NCBI GenBank assembly: GCA_964423265.1
Contig: CAYREF010000007.1
Span: 1 to 55,309, forward strand
Direction: 5' to 3'
Source: an uncultured Actinomycetota bacterium
GTDB taxonomy: Bacteria > Actinomycetota > Humimicrobiia > Humimicrobiales > Humimicrobiaceae
DNA length: 55,309 bases
A model generated the notes under the pieces. The model was given only the letters and a program-made list of their open reading frames with translations. It made no database searches and had not been told where the DNA came from. Shown one piece after another: positions 1 to 10,233 of the stretch. A program made the position numbers and the translations under genes. Positions within the stretch are counted from its first letter, which is position 1. The number at the start of each line of letters is the position of its first letter.

Positions 1-112
1 TATATATTATGTCAACTTGTTTATTTAAAACAATTTTCTCTCTTTTTAACCCCTTTTAGCATTCCCTTCCCCCTCTATCGTAAAAGGTAAAAACCCACTT
101 AGGAAACACCCA

Positions 113-333
113 TTATAAGAATGTAGGATATAAAAAGTAAAATATTTCAGGCATCATAATAAATTTAAACTCTATACTTTTTAATCCAAGGTATATCGTT
201 GTTTCTAGCTCACCTTCACCATTAAAGGTTTTACCCAGCTTTACTATATCCCTTGCCATCCAGGCAGGTTTTAGCCTTAGGATGCCGTTTAACTTTTCTA
301 TTGCTTTTTCTACAATTTTTTTGTGTTTGGCAT
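113..333 (-). pseudogene. Frameshifted, truncated remnant of a conserved sugar-cluster protein (possibly cupin/phosphosugar-isomerase-like)
   Basis: ATG at 333 reads MPNTKK then hits TAG. One extra A in the A7 run gives MPNTKKIVEKAIEKLNGILRLKPAWMARD, which resembles the N-terminus (GILRLxPxWVxR) of a family I recall from sugar clusters. That frame closes at 113 after about 73 codons. Confidence 0.45.
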
Positions 334-358
334 GTTGCCCGTCTCTTTTAATATGTTT

Positions 359-2170
359 TTAATATTGTATATATAGAGGCCCAAAATTCCTACATGCCCT
401 GTAGTCTGCGCCTTCTGGATCATTGGTTCCAAATGCAGCCCATGCGCTTGGCCTAAATATCCTCTCTTCTCCAACATTATGCAGTCCAACCGGTATCCTA
501 AGCATTGAAGCAAGAGTTATAAGCTTATCTCCTATATGGCCATAACTTATTACTGCATGGTTTGCTCCCCAGTTGTTCATTAAGGTATATGTATCCCTGA
601 AAGCTCCTTTACCTGTAATTACTGGAGCAAACCAGGTGGTAGGCCAGGTGGGATCAGTTCTATCATTTAGGGTGTTATGAACTTTCTCCGGTAAACTTAT
701 GCTATATCCTTCTGCAATTTGTAGTGTCGGTCCTAGTCCCTTTATTATGTTTACCCTGGATATAGTTACAGCCATTCCTCCCCTGGTTAGAAAGTTTGCT
801 GAAAAGCCTCCACCCCTGAAGTACTCAACAGATGCAGGCCTGAACTGGGAATGTTCTATACATTTTGTAGCCTCATCATCGGTTATCTCCCAGAAGGGCT
901 TCATGGCAGGCTCACCATCTATTTCCTGCTGCCCTGTTCCATCCAGAGTGGCAGATCCTGAGTTTATAAGGTGTATTATGCCTTGTTCAGCATGGCCGGA
1001 TAAGCTGTAGCCCGTTACTCTTTTTACTGCCTCAGGGCTCCAGTAAGTCCTTACATCTGCAAATATCTGGGCAGTATCTGTTAGGAGATGGCCAAATACC
1101 ATAGGAACTGCATTTAAGCTGTCATTCTCAGTTGCAAGTATATATGGCTGCCTTATACCATTCCAGTCAAAAGAGGTATTAAGGATAGTTTCTGCAAAGT
1201 CTCCATTGGGAAAATGATCTGTCCACTGCCTTTGCCCCTGAAAGCCAGCTGCAAGGGCGTTATGGCCTAATGCTTCTTCGCCGTAGTCTAAATCAGCGAG
1301 CCTTGGATTTCCCACCATAAGGTCCCTGGCAATTAAGGTCATCTTTACCACAAATCCCCAGTCCTTATCTTTCTGTGCTCTTGAGCGCTGTATGTCCTTG
1401 GGGTTGTTATCTTTTCCCTCTTTTAAGTTATTTTTGACCCAGTCCATGGCATAATCATACTCTTTTTTGTCATAGATTTCCTCATCTATCCTTCTAATAA
1501 ACTCACTCATATCCACATATTCACATCTCATACCCAGATAGCTTTCAAAAAAGCCTGGATCCACAATAGAACCTCCAATGCCCATAGAAACATTTCCCAT
1601 GGAAAGGTAGGATTTTCCCTTCATGGTGGCTACTGCAAGGCCGGCCTTGGCAAACTGCAGTAGCTTTTCTTTAACATCTTCGGGGATGGAAGTATCTCCT
1701 GCATCCTGTACATCCCTTCCGTATATGCCGAATGCGGGAAGACCTTTTTGGTCATGGGCTGCCAAAACTGCTGCAAGATATACTGCCCCTGGTCTTTCTG
1801 TACCATTAAAGCCCCAGATAGCTTTAGGACGATGGGGATTCATATCCATGGTCTCAGACCCGTAGCACCAGCAGGGTGTAGCTGTTATGGTAAGACCTAC
1901 CCCTTCCCTTTCAAATTTTTCTTCTGCTGCTGTAGCTTCTGCCACCCCTCCTATAGTTGTATCTGCTATTACGCACTCTACAGGTAGGCCATTAGAGTGT
2001 TTTAGGTTGCTTGATAGAAGGTCGGCTGCTTGCTTTGCCATGTTCATGGTCTGCTCTTCAAGAGACTCTCTTACCCCTTTTCTTCTTCCGTCAATGGTTG
2101 GGCGTATTCCTATTTTTGGGAGGTTCCCGTGGAGTCTTTTTTTAGGCTGTGGTTTTTTAAATTCGATCAT
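359..2170 (-). CDS. fucI: L-fucose isomerase (also D-arabinose isomerase)
   Basis: [14 protein letters not shown]-terminus, [19 protein letters not shown], catalytic/metal motifs [17 protein letters not shown] and WGANH; 603 aa. Confidence 0.97.
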   Translation of the reverse strand: MIEFKKPQPKKRLHGNLPKIGIRPTIDGRRKGVRESLEEQTMNMAKQAADLLSSNLKHSNGLPVECVIADTTIGGVAEATAAEEKFEREGVGLTITATPCWCYGSETMDMNPHRPKAIWGFNGTERPGAVYLAAVLAAHDQKGLPAFGIYGRDVQDAGDTSIPEDVKEKLLQFAKAGLAVATMKGKSYLSMGNVSMGIGGSIVDPGFFESYLGMRCEYVDMSEFIRRIDEEIYDKKEYDYAMDWVKNNLKEGKDNNPKDIQRSRAQKDKDWGFVVKMTLIARDLMVGNPRLADLDYGEEALGHNALAAGFQGQRQWTDHFPNGDFAETILNTSFDWNGIRQPYILATENDSLNAVPMVFGHLLTDTAQIFADVRTYWSPEAVKRVTGYSLSGHAEQGIIHLINSGSATLDGTGQQEIDGEPAMKPFWEITDDEATKCIEHSQFRPASVEYFRGGGFSANFLTRGGMAVTISRVNIIKGLGPTLQIAEGYSISLPEKVHNTLNDRTDPTWPTTWFAPVITGKGAFRDTYTLMNNWGANHAVISYGHIGDKLITLASMLRIPVGLHNVGEERIFRPSAWAAFGTNDPEGADYRACRNFGPLYIQY

Positions 2171-2197
2171 GTTTTTACTTCTCCTTTGATGGTTAAA

Positions 2198-3445
2198 TTA
2201 ATATTTTCCGAAATTATAAGCTGTATCAAGCATTGAAATAACATTTTCGGGGGGTACATCAGCCAAGATATTATGTATCTGGTTAAATACCAGTCCCCCT
2301 CCTTCGCCTAGTATTTCTATCCTTTTTTTGACATCTTCTGTTACTTTTTCCGGACTTTCTTTTGCTAGTATATCCCTGGTATTGCAACATCCGCCCCAGA
2401 ATACCAAATCTTTTCCAAATTCTTTCTTTAACTTATTGGGTTCCATATCCTTGGCAGTAGTTTGTACAGGGTTTAGCACATCCAAGCCAGCATCTATTAA
2501 ATGAGGCAAGAGTTCATATATTGAGCCGCAGGAATGTAAAAATACCTTGCAATTACTGTTCTCATGCACGAAATCCCACATTTTCTTATGCCGGGGCTGG
2601 AATACCTCTTTATAAATTCCGGGCGACATAAATGGTCCGTCTTGGCCACCCAGGTCATCGCCAAACTGCAACAAATCTACATAACCCCCTACCCCATCGA
2701 TTACCTTTTCCAATTTTTCTAAATTCCTTTCAACCAGCCTATCTAGAAGTTTTTTAGTTTTTTCTTTGTCTGCATACATGTCCATCATAAAATTAGCCAT
2801 TCCCCTAAGGAATGTTCCTGTTTCAAACATGTTACAACCTACAGCCAGGACAATGGAATAATCAGTATTTTCATACAAGTTTTTAATGCCCTCTACGAAT
2901 TGCTTGAATTGATTTTTATCAAATATATCCAAATGCCATGGAGGTGAAGGGACTGCCCAAACATGCCTATCCAGGTCTTCATCCTTAAAATTATCAGGTA
3001 TGAATGCCAAATCCTGGTAAACCCAATAGCATTGGTCTACATACAGTGAAGATTTTGGCTTTTTCCCCACCTTTATCCCCTCATTATCCATAAGATATAC
3101 AGTTCCATTATCATCAATTTCAATATTTAAAATTTTTGGTATCAGACATTTTGAGCCATCGTTTAATTCCCACTTTCTCCACTTGTCTTCAGCCGGTAAA
3201 AACCCCTGCCCTGCATCTATTGCATCTATATGGAACATCTCCATAACCTCTTCTTCAGGATAAGCCAGCTGTTGGATAAAATCATACATTCTTGGAAGTT
3301 TGTCCTTATTAAGATTTAATTTTTCCCTTAACTTATTATAGGCAATTGTAGCAATACCAGAAGAACGCATGCTGCCTAAATCTATAGGGATTCTATCAGG
3401 TTCCTGGTGTTGTAAAACTTTCCTTACTCTTTCCCTTGATTTCAT
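2198..3445 (-). CDS. Uroporphyrinogen decarboxylase/MtaA-CmuA methyltransferase superfamily protein
   Basis: EPDRIPIDLG N-terminus, GDDLG, LHSCG (HxC), LNPVQ, FWGG and HNI...VPPEN; lacks the HemE RQAGR motif. Confidence 0.85.
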   Translation of the reverse strand: MKSRERVRKVLQHQEPDRIPIDLGSMRSSGIATIAYNKLREKLNLNKDKLPRMYDFIQQLAYPEEEVMEMFHIDAIDAGQGFLPAEDKWRKWELNDGSKCLIPKILNIEIDDNGTVYLMDNEGIKVGKKPKSSLYVDQCYWVYQDLAFIPDNFKDEDLDRHVWAVPSPPWHLDIFDKNQFKQFVEGIKNLYENTDYSIVLAVGCNMFETGTFLRGMANFMMDMYADKEKTKKLLDRLVERNLEKLEKVIDGVGGYVDLLQFGDDLGGQDGPFMSPGIYKEVFQPRHKKMWDFVHENSNCKVFLHSCGSIYELLPHLIDAGLDVLNPVQTTAKDMEPNKLKKEFGKDLVFWGGCCNTRDILAKESPEKVTEDVKKRIEILGEGGGLVFNQIHNILADVPPENVISMLDTAYNFGKY

Positions 3446-3457
3446 TTATACCCCCAA

Positions 3458-4618
3458 TTAATATTTTCCATATTTTTGTAAAATCTCCCACCAGGCCATG
3501 ATATTTTCGGGCGGGACTGAACTTTGTATTATATGTATAGGTGCAAACACAAAACCTCCGCCCGGGGCCAGGTCAGAAATTCTTTTTTTGGTTTCTTCCC
3601 TAACTTCTTCAGGAGTCCCAAAAGACAAAATATTATTATCACAGCTTCCTCCCCAGAAAGTTAGGTCATTGCCAAATTCCTTTTTTAATTTTTTTGTATT
3701 CATCCCCCTGCAATTTACCTGAAGGGGGTTAAGTATATCTACTCCCGCTTCAATAAGCAGGGGCATGGCTTCTTTTATAGCACCATCACAATGGAAAAAA
3801 ATATAAACTTTAGATTTTGCCTTTTCTTTTATAAAATTAAATAATTTTTTATGGTATGGCCAAATAAGTTCTTTATATAAGCTTAAAGATACCAGTAAAC
3901 CTTCTTTAGTACCCAAATCATCAGCTGTAGATACAACTAGCACATTGTTACCCACAGTTTCCAGCGCTTTCTCCCAATACTTGCATTTTATTTCCAAAAA
4001 TTTATCCATAATAGCATGGACTAATTTTTTATTTATAATCATATCAGTAAAAAATTTTTCATAACCGGTCATCCACATGGCGTTTTCCCACATTCCCGCG
4101 CTCATTCTCTCGAGAAAATATGCCTTTTTATCTTCAAATATAACTTTATCTGCTTTTGCTTTTAAGTTTTTGAACCTTTGCTGGTCTAACGGGTCTGGCC
4201 AGGGATAATTATTAATGTCTTCTACAGAATCTGCATCACTTAACGGACTTTTATAAATATCATAAAAATGACCTCCCTCAACAGGCATACGGTACTCTAT
4301 GCCGAATTCATCCATAAGCTTCAGGTAATCACCTTCCCTGCCCAGGTCTCTTGCCCAGCCCGGCCTGGATGGTGGGTTTGGGGCTACATTTATTATGTCG
4401 ATTTTCAATCTGTCTATAACATCGTTAGTTACCTCACCTATCTGGGTAATCTTATCAAAAACTTTTGTCTCAGAGTTTAACCCCAGGTGCTCCTTTAGCC
4501 TTTTTAAAGCAATAACATTAATCCCGCAAACTAAAGCCCCTCCGAGATCAAATGGTATTTTATCAGGTTGTTTATGATTTAGTGTTTCAGATAACCTTTT
4601 TTGGCTATTATTACCCAT
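3458..4618 (-). CDS. Uroporphyrinogen decarboxylase/MtaA-CmuA methyltransferase superfamily protein (second paralogue)
   Basis: QPDKIPFDLG, YPWPDP, ADDLG, FHCDG, LNPLQ, FWGG and APIHIIQ..VPPEN; lacks RQAGR. Confidence 0.85.
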   Translation of the reverse strand: MGNNSQKRLSETLNHKQPDKIPFDLGGALVCGINVIALKRLKEHLGLNSETKVFDKITQIGEVTNDVIDRLKIDIINVAPNPPSRPGWARDLGREGDYLKLMDEFGIEYRMPVEGGHFYDIYKSPLSDADSVEDINNYPWPDPLDQQRFKNLKAKADKVIFEDKKAYFLERMSAGMWENAMWMTGYEKFFTDMIINKKLVHAIMDKFLEIKCKYWEKALETVGNNVLVVSTADDLGTKEGLLVSLSLYKELIWPYHKKLFNFIKEKAKSKVYIFFHCDGAIKEAMPLLIEAGVDILNPLQVNCRGMNTKKLKKEFGNDLTFWGGSCDNNILSFGTPEEVREETKKRISDLAPGGGFVFAPIHIIQSSVPPENIMAWWEILQKYGKY

Positions 4619-4646
4619 TATTTTTCTATTTTTACTATATATTTTT

Positions 4647-6527
4647 TTATTCTATAAATTCCAGTAAATCCAGCTCAAGCAGTTTAGGATAAGATGGGAT
4701 TCCCTTACTATCCCAGCCAGCTAGTTTGTAATATGTATCCCTTGCCTTTATGAATTCGTCCTTATTTATGGTCATCCCCTTTTTGGGGCCGCTTTCAATT
4801 GGATTAAATAATCTATCCGGAAGAATATCATCTTCTGCGCTGAATCCTTCCCTGGCAGCAAAAAGCTTATACATATTTATCCTTTTTTCACCCAATTTCC
4901 ATATTTCAAACAAAGAACTCTCCCAGCCTGTTGCTGCATTTATTATTTCAACCAAATGTTCAAAGTTAAAAAACCTAACTGGAGAAAAAGCAAAAATACA
5001 CCCACATACCGCATCTAGCATTGAAAAGGCAGGCTGAATTAAATAAAACATCCTGACTTTTTTATCATTTAAGGTTTCTGCAAAAAGTCTTTCGTAAACT
5101 GTTAAAGGTGCTACTTTATCCATAAATAGTTGTTCAGCATCAAAATCAAAATCTGTATCATGCTCTACAACTGTATAGTAGGGGCCAATGGGTGATACCG
5201 CATAACCTAGCCCTAGCATTTGCTTTACCCTGGGCTCATGTACAGGGATCTCCATTCCTTTTACGTGCATTGCATATTTTACTGAGCCTTTTATTTTCTC
5301 AGTTGCCCTTTTTACGCCTTCAGCTAGCAGGTCACCTAGATCTTTCCTATAAGTAATTTTTTTAATAGTTTCGATAATGCTTTTATGATTACCCCATTTA
5401 AGTTCAGAGCCTGAAGTTACCTCCTTTGTAATAAGTCCGTTTTCAAAACATTCAATGGCATAAGAGAGAGTAATTCCTAAAGATGTCCCATCCAGGCCAT
5501 ATTCACAAATAAGGTTCCAGATTTTTAATGCTGAATTTAAATCATCAATCAATAAATTGTATACCGAGGCTGACAGGCTTTCTAATTCTATTAGGCCAAA
5601 TCTATTATCAACATTTATTTTATCTGTTCCTTCCAATATTTTTTTACAGCCACCATAGCAGTTGTAACAGTCTATATTTTCCGGTTTATATTTTTCAGTA
5701 ATAAGAAACCCGTCAATATCATCAGCTTCTGAGAAAGTAGATGTGTGAAAATTTTTAGCAGACAGCATTCCTCCATCAGACATCAGCTTTAAATATCCAG
5801 CATTACCGGCAGGACCATGCTGGCTTTTATTGAGGGGATTGGTTAGGAAATTATCCTTAAAATATTTAGATAAAGAAGCAAGCTTTTTTTCATGTTTAAC
5901 CTTTATATTTCCAGTTCCCCTAATACATATAGCTTTAAGGTTTTTTGAGCCCATGACAGCGCCAACACCACATCTAGAGCTAATAAAAAGGTTATCATTT
6001 ACAATAGAAGCATACCGTATTAAATTCTCACCGGCAGGGCCAATTAATGCTATACGCGATTCTGTATCCTCATTTTTTAAAATATCATAAGCTCTAGAGG
6101 TTAGCTTACCCCAAACATGTGAAGCACCCCTTATTTCTACTTGGCCGTCTTTTATATAAATATAGCTTGGGTTTTCTGCTTTTCCTCTAATTACTACCGC
6201 ATCATAACCTGCTTTTTTTATCTCAGGTCCAAAAAATCCAGGGGTAGTGCTTTCGCCTACCAGATTTGTTAAAGGAGATTTTGTAACAACATTATGCATA
6301 GCTGTTCCAGGGCAATTAACTCCAGTTATCGGCGAGGTTGAAAAAATGAGAAGATTATTTTCAGAGAACGGATCTAAACCCTTGGGTAGTTCTTTTAAAA
6401 GGTAATAAGCGGCCAGGCAAGACCCGCCATAATATTTTTTATAAAAAAGCTTATCTTTCTTCTCAACATTAATTTTCCCAGCAGTTAAATCTATCCTTAA
6501 TATTTTACCAGTAAATCCATAATTCAT
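4647..6527 (-). CDS. aor: Tungsten/molybdopterin aldehyde:ferredoxin oxidoreductase family protein
   Basis: GKILRIDLT N-terminus, KSPLT, IGPAGEN, GAVMGSKNLKAI, CxxCxxxC (CYNCYGGC), LAEGV, HVKGME, DDILPDR and YYKLAGWD. Confidence 0.93.
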   Translation of the reverse strand: MNYGFTGKILRIDLTAGKINVEKKDKLFYKKYYGGSCLAAYYLLKELPKGLDPFSENNLLIFSTSPITGVNCPGTAMHNVVTKSPLTNLVGESTTPGFFGPEIKKAGYDAVVIRGKAENPSYIYIKDGQVEIRGASHVWGKLTSRAYDILKNEDTESRIALIGPAGENLIRYASIVNDNLFISSRCGVGAVMGSKNLKAICIRGTGNIKVKHEKKLASLSKYFKDNFLTNPLNKSQHGPAGNAGYLKLMSDGGMLSAKNFHTSTFSEADDIDGFLITEKYKPENIDCYNCYGGCKKILEGTDKINVDNRFGLIELESLSASVYNLLIDDLNSALKIWNLICEYGLDGTSLGITLSYAIECFENGLITKEVTSGSELKWGNHKSIIETIKKITYRKDLGDLLAEGVKRATEKIKGSVKYAMHVKGMEIPVHEPRVKQMLGLGYAVSPIGPYYTVVEHDTDFDFDAEQLFMDKVAPLTVYERLFAETLNDKKVRMFYLIQPAFSMLDAVCGCIFAFSPVRFFNFEHLVEIINAATGWESSLFEIWKLGEKRINMYKLFAAREGFSAEDDILPDRLFNPIESGPKKGMTINKDEFIKARDTYYKLAGWDSKGIPSYPKLLELDLLEFIE

Positions 6528-6533
6528 ATTAAT

Positions 6534-8039
6534 TTATACATAGTAACTTGCAATCTGGTTAGAGACTATCTTATAGCTTTCTTCGTCTTTGTTTACTTCC
6601 TCTATTTCCCCTATTATTTTTTTCTCCCTGAATATATAAATTCTGTTGGCTAGCTTAATTATTTCTGGCATATCAGAGGATATAAGGATTATTGATTTAT
6701 CCTCCTCATGAGCAAGGTTGTATATCAACTTGTGGATATACTCTTTTGCTCCCACGTCTACCCCAATAGTAGGCTCATCAAATATTATGATATCGCAGTC
6801 TGCTACCAGCCACTTGGAGATGGAAAGCTTTTGCTGGTTTCCACCGCTTAACTTCTGCGCAAGCTGATTTATGGAAGTTGCCCTTATGTCAAGATTCTCT
6901 ACCATATTTTCAGCATTTTCTATTTCCTTGCCTCCACTTACAAACCTTAGAATACGGGAGGCAATTCTGGGCCAGATTGTTATATTTACATTGGTTTTTA
7001 TGCTGGAGTTTAGAAGAAGCCCTTCTTCTTTCCTGTTTTCTGTTACATAGCCTATCCTGTATTCGTACAGGCTGTCTGCAATGGAGCGGGGATTTATTTC
7101 TTTACCCCCCACATAGACTTTTCCTGACTGTTTTCTGTCCTCTCCTATCATAAGTCTTGCAAGCTCGGTCCTTCCTGCACCCACCAGGCCATAAAATCCC
7201 AGTATCTCTCCCTTAAATAGCTTAAAGGAAGATCCTTCTGCTTTATATTCTTTGTAGATATCCTTTGCTTCTAATACTATGTTTTGCTTATCCTGGGCCT
7301 CAGACCTAAATGCCTCTATTTTTTCTTCCCTTCCTATCATCATCTTAACCAGGTCTTTTCTGTCCACTTCAGCTATCTCTTTGGTACCTATTTTTTTTCC
7401 ATCACGTAAAACCGTTACCTTATCACAAACTCTAAATACCTCTTCTAGCTTGTGGGTTACAAATAATATTACAATGCCTTTTTCTCTTAGCTCCTTTAAT
7501 ATGGAAAAAAGGGTTTTAATCTCTGTCTCTGTAATTGCAGATGTAGGCTCATCCAGCAAAAGTATTTTTGAGTTTGAGGCTAGGGCTTTAGCAATTTCAA
7601 CCATTTGCTTTTGGGCAACAGAAAGCTCACCAATAGGCTTTGTAGGGGGTATGTCAAGGCCTACCATATCCAGATAGCGCTTAGAGGTTTTATTTATAGC
7701 TTTCCAGTCAAGCACAAATCCTGCCCTTTTTTTCATCTTATCCAGCATTATATTTTCTGCTACACTGTATCTGGAAAGAACCTGAAGTTCCTGGTTTACA
7801 ACGCTTATCTCTTTTTTAAGGGCATCAATGAAGTTTTCTACTACCAGCTCATTTCCATTTACATACATCTTCCCTGTATCAGGTTTATGCACACCGCATA
7901 TTACTTTAATCAGGGTAGATTTTCCTGCCCCGTTTTCCCCAAGCAATGCATGTATCTCTCCTTGGGAAAACTCTGCTGATACCTTGTCCAGAGCTTTAAT
8001 TCCTGGAAAGGATTTAGATATATTTTCAACTCTTAACAT
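6534..8039 (-). CDS. Monosaccharide ABC transporter ATP-binding protein (RbsA/MglA type, two NBDs)
   Basis: GENGAGKST Walker A, LLDEPT, LSGGNQQK and DEPTIGVDVGAK. Confidence 0.95.
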   Translation of the reverse strand: MLRVENISKSFPGIKALDKVSAEFSQGEIHALLGENGAGKSTLIKVICGVHKPDTGKMYVNGNELVVENFIDALKKEISVVNQELQVLSRYSVAENIMLDKMKKRAGFVLDWKAINKTSKRYLDMVGLDIPPTKPIGELSVAQKQMVEIAKALASNSKILLLDEPTSAITETEIKTLFSILKELREKGIVILFVTHKLEEVFRVCDKVTVLRDGKKIGTKEIAEVDRKDLVKMMIGREEKIEAFRSEAQDKQNIVLEAKDIYKEYKAEGSSFKLFKGEILGFYGLVGAGRTELARLMIGEDRKQSGKVYVGGKEINPRSIADSLYEYRIGYVTENRKEEGLLLNSSIKTNVNITIWPRIASRILRFVSGGKEIENAENMVENLDIRATSINQLAQKLSGGNQQKLSISKWLVADCDIIIFDEPTIGVDVGAKEYIHKLIYNLAHEEDKSIILISSDMPEIIKLANRIYIFREKKIIGEIEEVNKDEESYKIVSNQIASYYV

Positions 8040-8068
8040 ATATACCCCCTACTTTTTTACCTTATTCT

Positions 8069-9145
8069 TTATTTAAAGTATTCTTCTTTTGCACTGTCTG
8101 CTAGATCTGTTGCAGCATCCCACAATTCCTGTTCAAAAGTATCTATATTATCTTCAGTTATTAGAACACCGAAGGTATCTATAAATACATGATCCTCTTT
8201 TGGCTCTAGACCATCTATCAGATACTCAAGCAGAAGTGGGGTCACATAACCCTGGCAATATGGGTTTTGGCCAAATGTTCCAGTTATATAGCCCTGTTCT
8301 ATTGCCTTTAGCACTGCAGGATCATCGTCAATTCCTACAAAAGCAATCCTATCATTTTGCTCCTCGGTAAGTATCTGAGCTGTAGCAACTGTAGGATTAT
8401 ATCCTGTGGTAACTATTCCGTCTATGTCGTCTCCCCGTGCTGCTAGAGCATTTGATACTTTCTCGGTACATTCTTCTATAGCTGTCATATCACCTATGGT
8501 CTGTACTATCTCAACATCTTCATATTGCGCAACTACTTCCTCAACACCTTCTTTTCTCAATATGGTGTTAGGATCTGTTACTACTTCAAGCACGTTTAGT
8601 ATGCCTCCACTGTAGTCCATGGCCTCGCAAACTTTTTCTGTTGCAGCCTTGGCAGCAGCTTTTACGTCAGTTGCAACTGTAAATGAAGCAGGTGTAGGTT
8701 CCTGGGTTTGTGCTCCGTAGTTGCATACATGAACACCTTCGGCCACTACTTCTTCATACAGGGCATTTGCACCTGATGCATCCAGAGGAAATACCATTAT
8801 TCCCTGATACCCCTGTGCAACAAGCGCTTCAACCTGCTCATTTTCCGTAGGCTGAGTCCAGTCTGTTCCAATTTGGGAATGAACTTCTACACCAAAGTCT
8901 TCTTTGTGTTTTTCAAGTCCTTTTTTAACAGACTCATAATAAGGGTGTACTGCCGGCCAGTACGAAGCTATCTTATATTCTTTTGCTGCAGGTTCTTCTG
9001 CTTCTGCAGGTTCTTCTGCTTCTTCAGCTGGAGCTTCTTCTTCAGCAACTGGCTCTGCTTGTTGAGCGCATCCAGCTAGTGGTAGTACAGTAAATATGGA
9101 TAGCGCTAACAGTGCCACTAATATTTTTGTTATATTGCTTTTCAT
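8069..9145 (-). CDS. Sugar ABC transporter substrate-binding lipoprotein (RbsB-like)
   Basis: Signal peptide with LAGC lipobox, Ala/Glu/Pro-rich linker, periplasmic-binding fold motifs (VGIDD, GQNPY); lies between the permease and the ATPase. Confidence 0.9.
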   Translation of the reverse strand: MKSNITKILVALLALSIFTVLPLAGCAQQAEPVAEEEAPAEEAEEPAEAEEPAAKEYKIASYWPAVHPYYESVKKGLEKHKEDFGVEVHSQIGTDWTQPTENEQVEALVAQGYQGIMVFPLDASGANALYEEVVAEGVHVCNYGAQTQEPTPASFTVATDVKAAAKAATEKVCEAMDYSGGILNVLEVVTDPNTILRKEGVEEVVAQYEDVEIVQTIGDMTAIEECTEKVSNALAARGDDIDGIVTTGYNPTVATAQILTEEQNDRIAFVGIDDDPAVLKAIEQGYITGTFGQNPYCQGYVTPLLLEYLIDGLEPKEDHVFIDTFGVLITEDNIDTFEQELWDAATDLADSAKEEYFK

Positions 9146-9232
9146 TTAAATCACCTTTCTTTTTGGATTTACAATAATTTTTCTTAACAAATCGAGCATA
9201 ACTACATTTTAATCACCTCCAAAGTCAAATTA

Positions 9233-10204
9233 TTATTCAAGCAATCTTCTCTGATTGTATATATTTCTAACCCTATCAATTCCTACAGCTACAAGGATAA
9301 GCATTCCTAAAAATGCTTGTTCCCAGTATACATTGGTGCCAAGCATAACCAGGCCATTTTTTATCATTACCATAATCCCTGCGCCCAACATAAGTCCAAA
9401 GGCAGTAATAAGGCCTCCATTTAGAGAAGTTCCACCTAGTATTGCCACTGCAAAAGAGATAATAAGCCAGTCCTGCCCAGTTACAGGAGGAGCTGTTCCC
9501 ATCCTGGATACATAAAGTACTGCTGCAAGAGCTGCTACAAATCCTGAAAGGACATGGCTTAAAATTTTTATATTAGAAGAATTGATGCCTGAAAACTTGG
9601 CAGCTTCCAGGTTTTCTCCAACTGCAAGTATCCTTCTTCCTGCTATAGTGAATTTAAAAAACAAAAATAGGACTATAAAGGCTAATACTGTAAATATTAT
9701 AAGGAAAGGTATTCCTGCTATCCTTCCCTTGCCTATAGTGGTAAAAGATAAGGGTATATTTACAAATGAATACCCTTGAGTTAAACCAAAATTTATGCCT
9801 GTAAACACAAACATATTAGCAAGGGTTACTATAAATGCATTTATGCCAAACTTGGCTGTAATTACTCCGTTTATAGCGCCACAGGCAATGCCTACTACAA
9901 GAGCTGCTGCCACTGCCACTGTCCCGTTTATCTCATGTATATCCATAAGATAGCCAGCAGTAATAGTAGCGAGCCCCCCTATTGCTCCCACCGAGAGGTT
10001 CATATCTCCCACTACCAATACTATTCCCTGGGCTAGCCCTATAAAGGCATAAAGAGATAAGGTTCTTCCCAGAGTATACATGTTATAAGCGCTAAGAAAG
10101 TTTTCAGAGGCAAAGGTCAAGACTAAAAAAAGTGCCAGTGCCGCAATAAATAAACCAAAGTTTCCGGTAGTCAGAATAGATCTAAAATAGTCTTTTTTGG
10201 CCAA
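9233..10204 (-). CDS. Monosaccharide ABC transporter permease (RbsC type)
   Basis: Multi-TM protein with MNLSVGA, GRRILAVGENLEAAKFSGI and AILGGTSLNGG; TTG start preceded by AGGAG. Confidence 0.93.
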   Translation of the reverse strand: MAKKDYFRSILTTGNFGLFIAALALFLVLTFASENFLSAYNMYTLGRTLSLYAFIGLAQGIVLVVGDMNLSVGAIGGLATITAGYLMDIHEINGTVAVAAALVVGIACGAINGVITAKFGINAFIVTLANMFVFTGINFGLTQGYSFVNIPLSFTTIGKGRIAGIPFLIIFTVLAFIVLFLFFKFTIAGRRILAVGENLEAAKFSGINSSNIKILSHVLSGFVAALAAVLYVSRMGTAPPVTGQDWLIISFAVAILGGTSLNGGLITAFGLMLGAGIMVMIKNGLVMLGTNVYWEQAFLGMLILVAVGIDRVRNIYNQRRLLE

Positions 10205-10233
10205 TTTAAACTCCTTTTTTTCTTTTTTAAAAA

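Noticed and set aside
310-513. 67-aa minus-strand ORF overlapping the fucI 3' end, and the many short + strand ORFs in the track
   Set aside because: They are alternate-frame or antisense shadows of well-supported genes; only the last codons of this one belong to the pseudogene remnant.
8986-9021. 18-bp tandem repeat CTGCAGGTTCTTCTGCTT x2
   Set aside because: Encodes the Ala/Glu/Pro linker of the binding lipoprotein; no spacers, so not a CRISPR array or mobile repeat.
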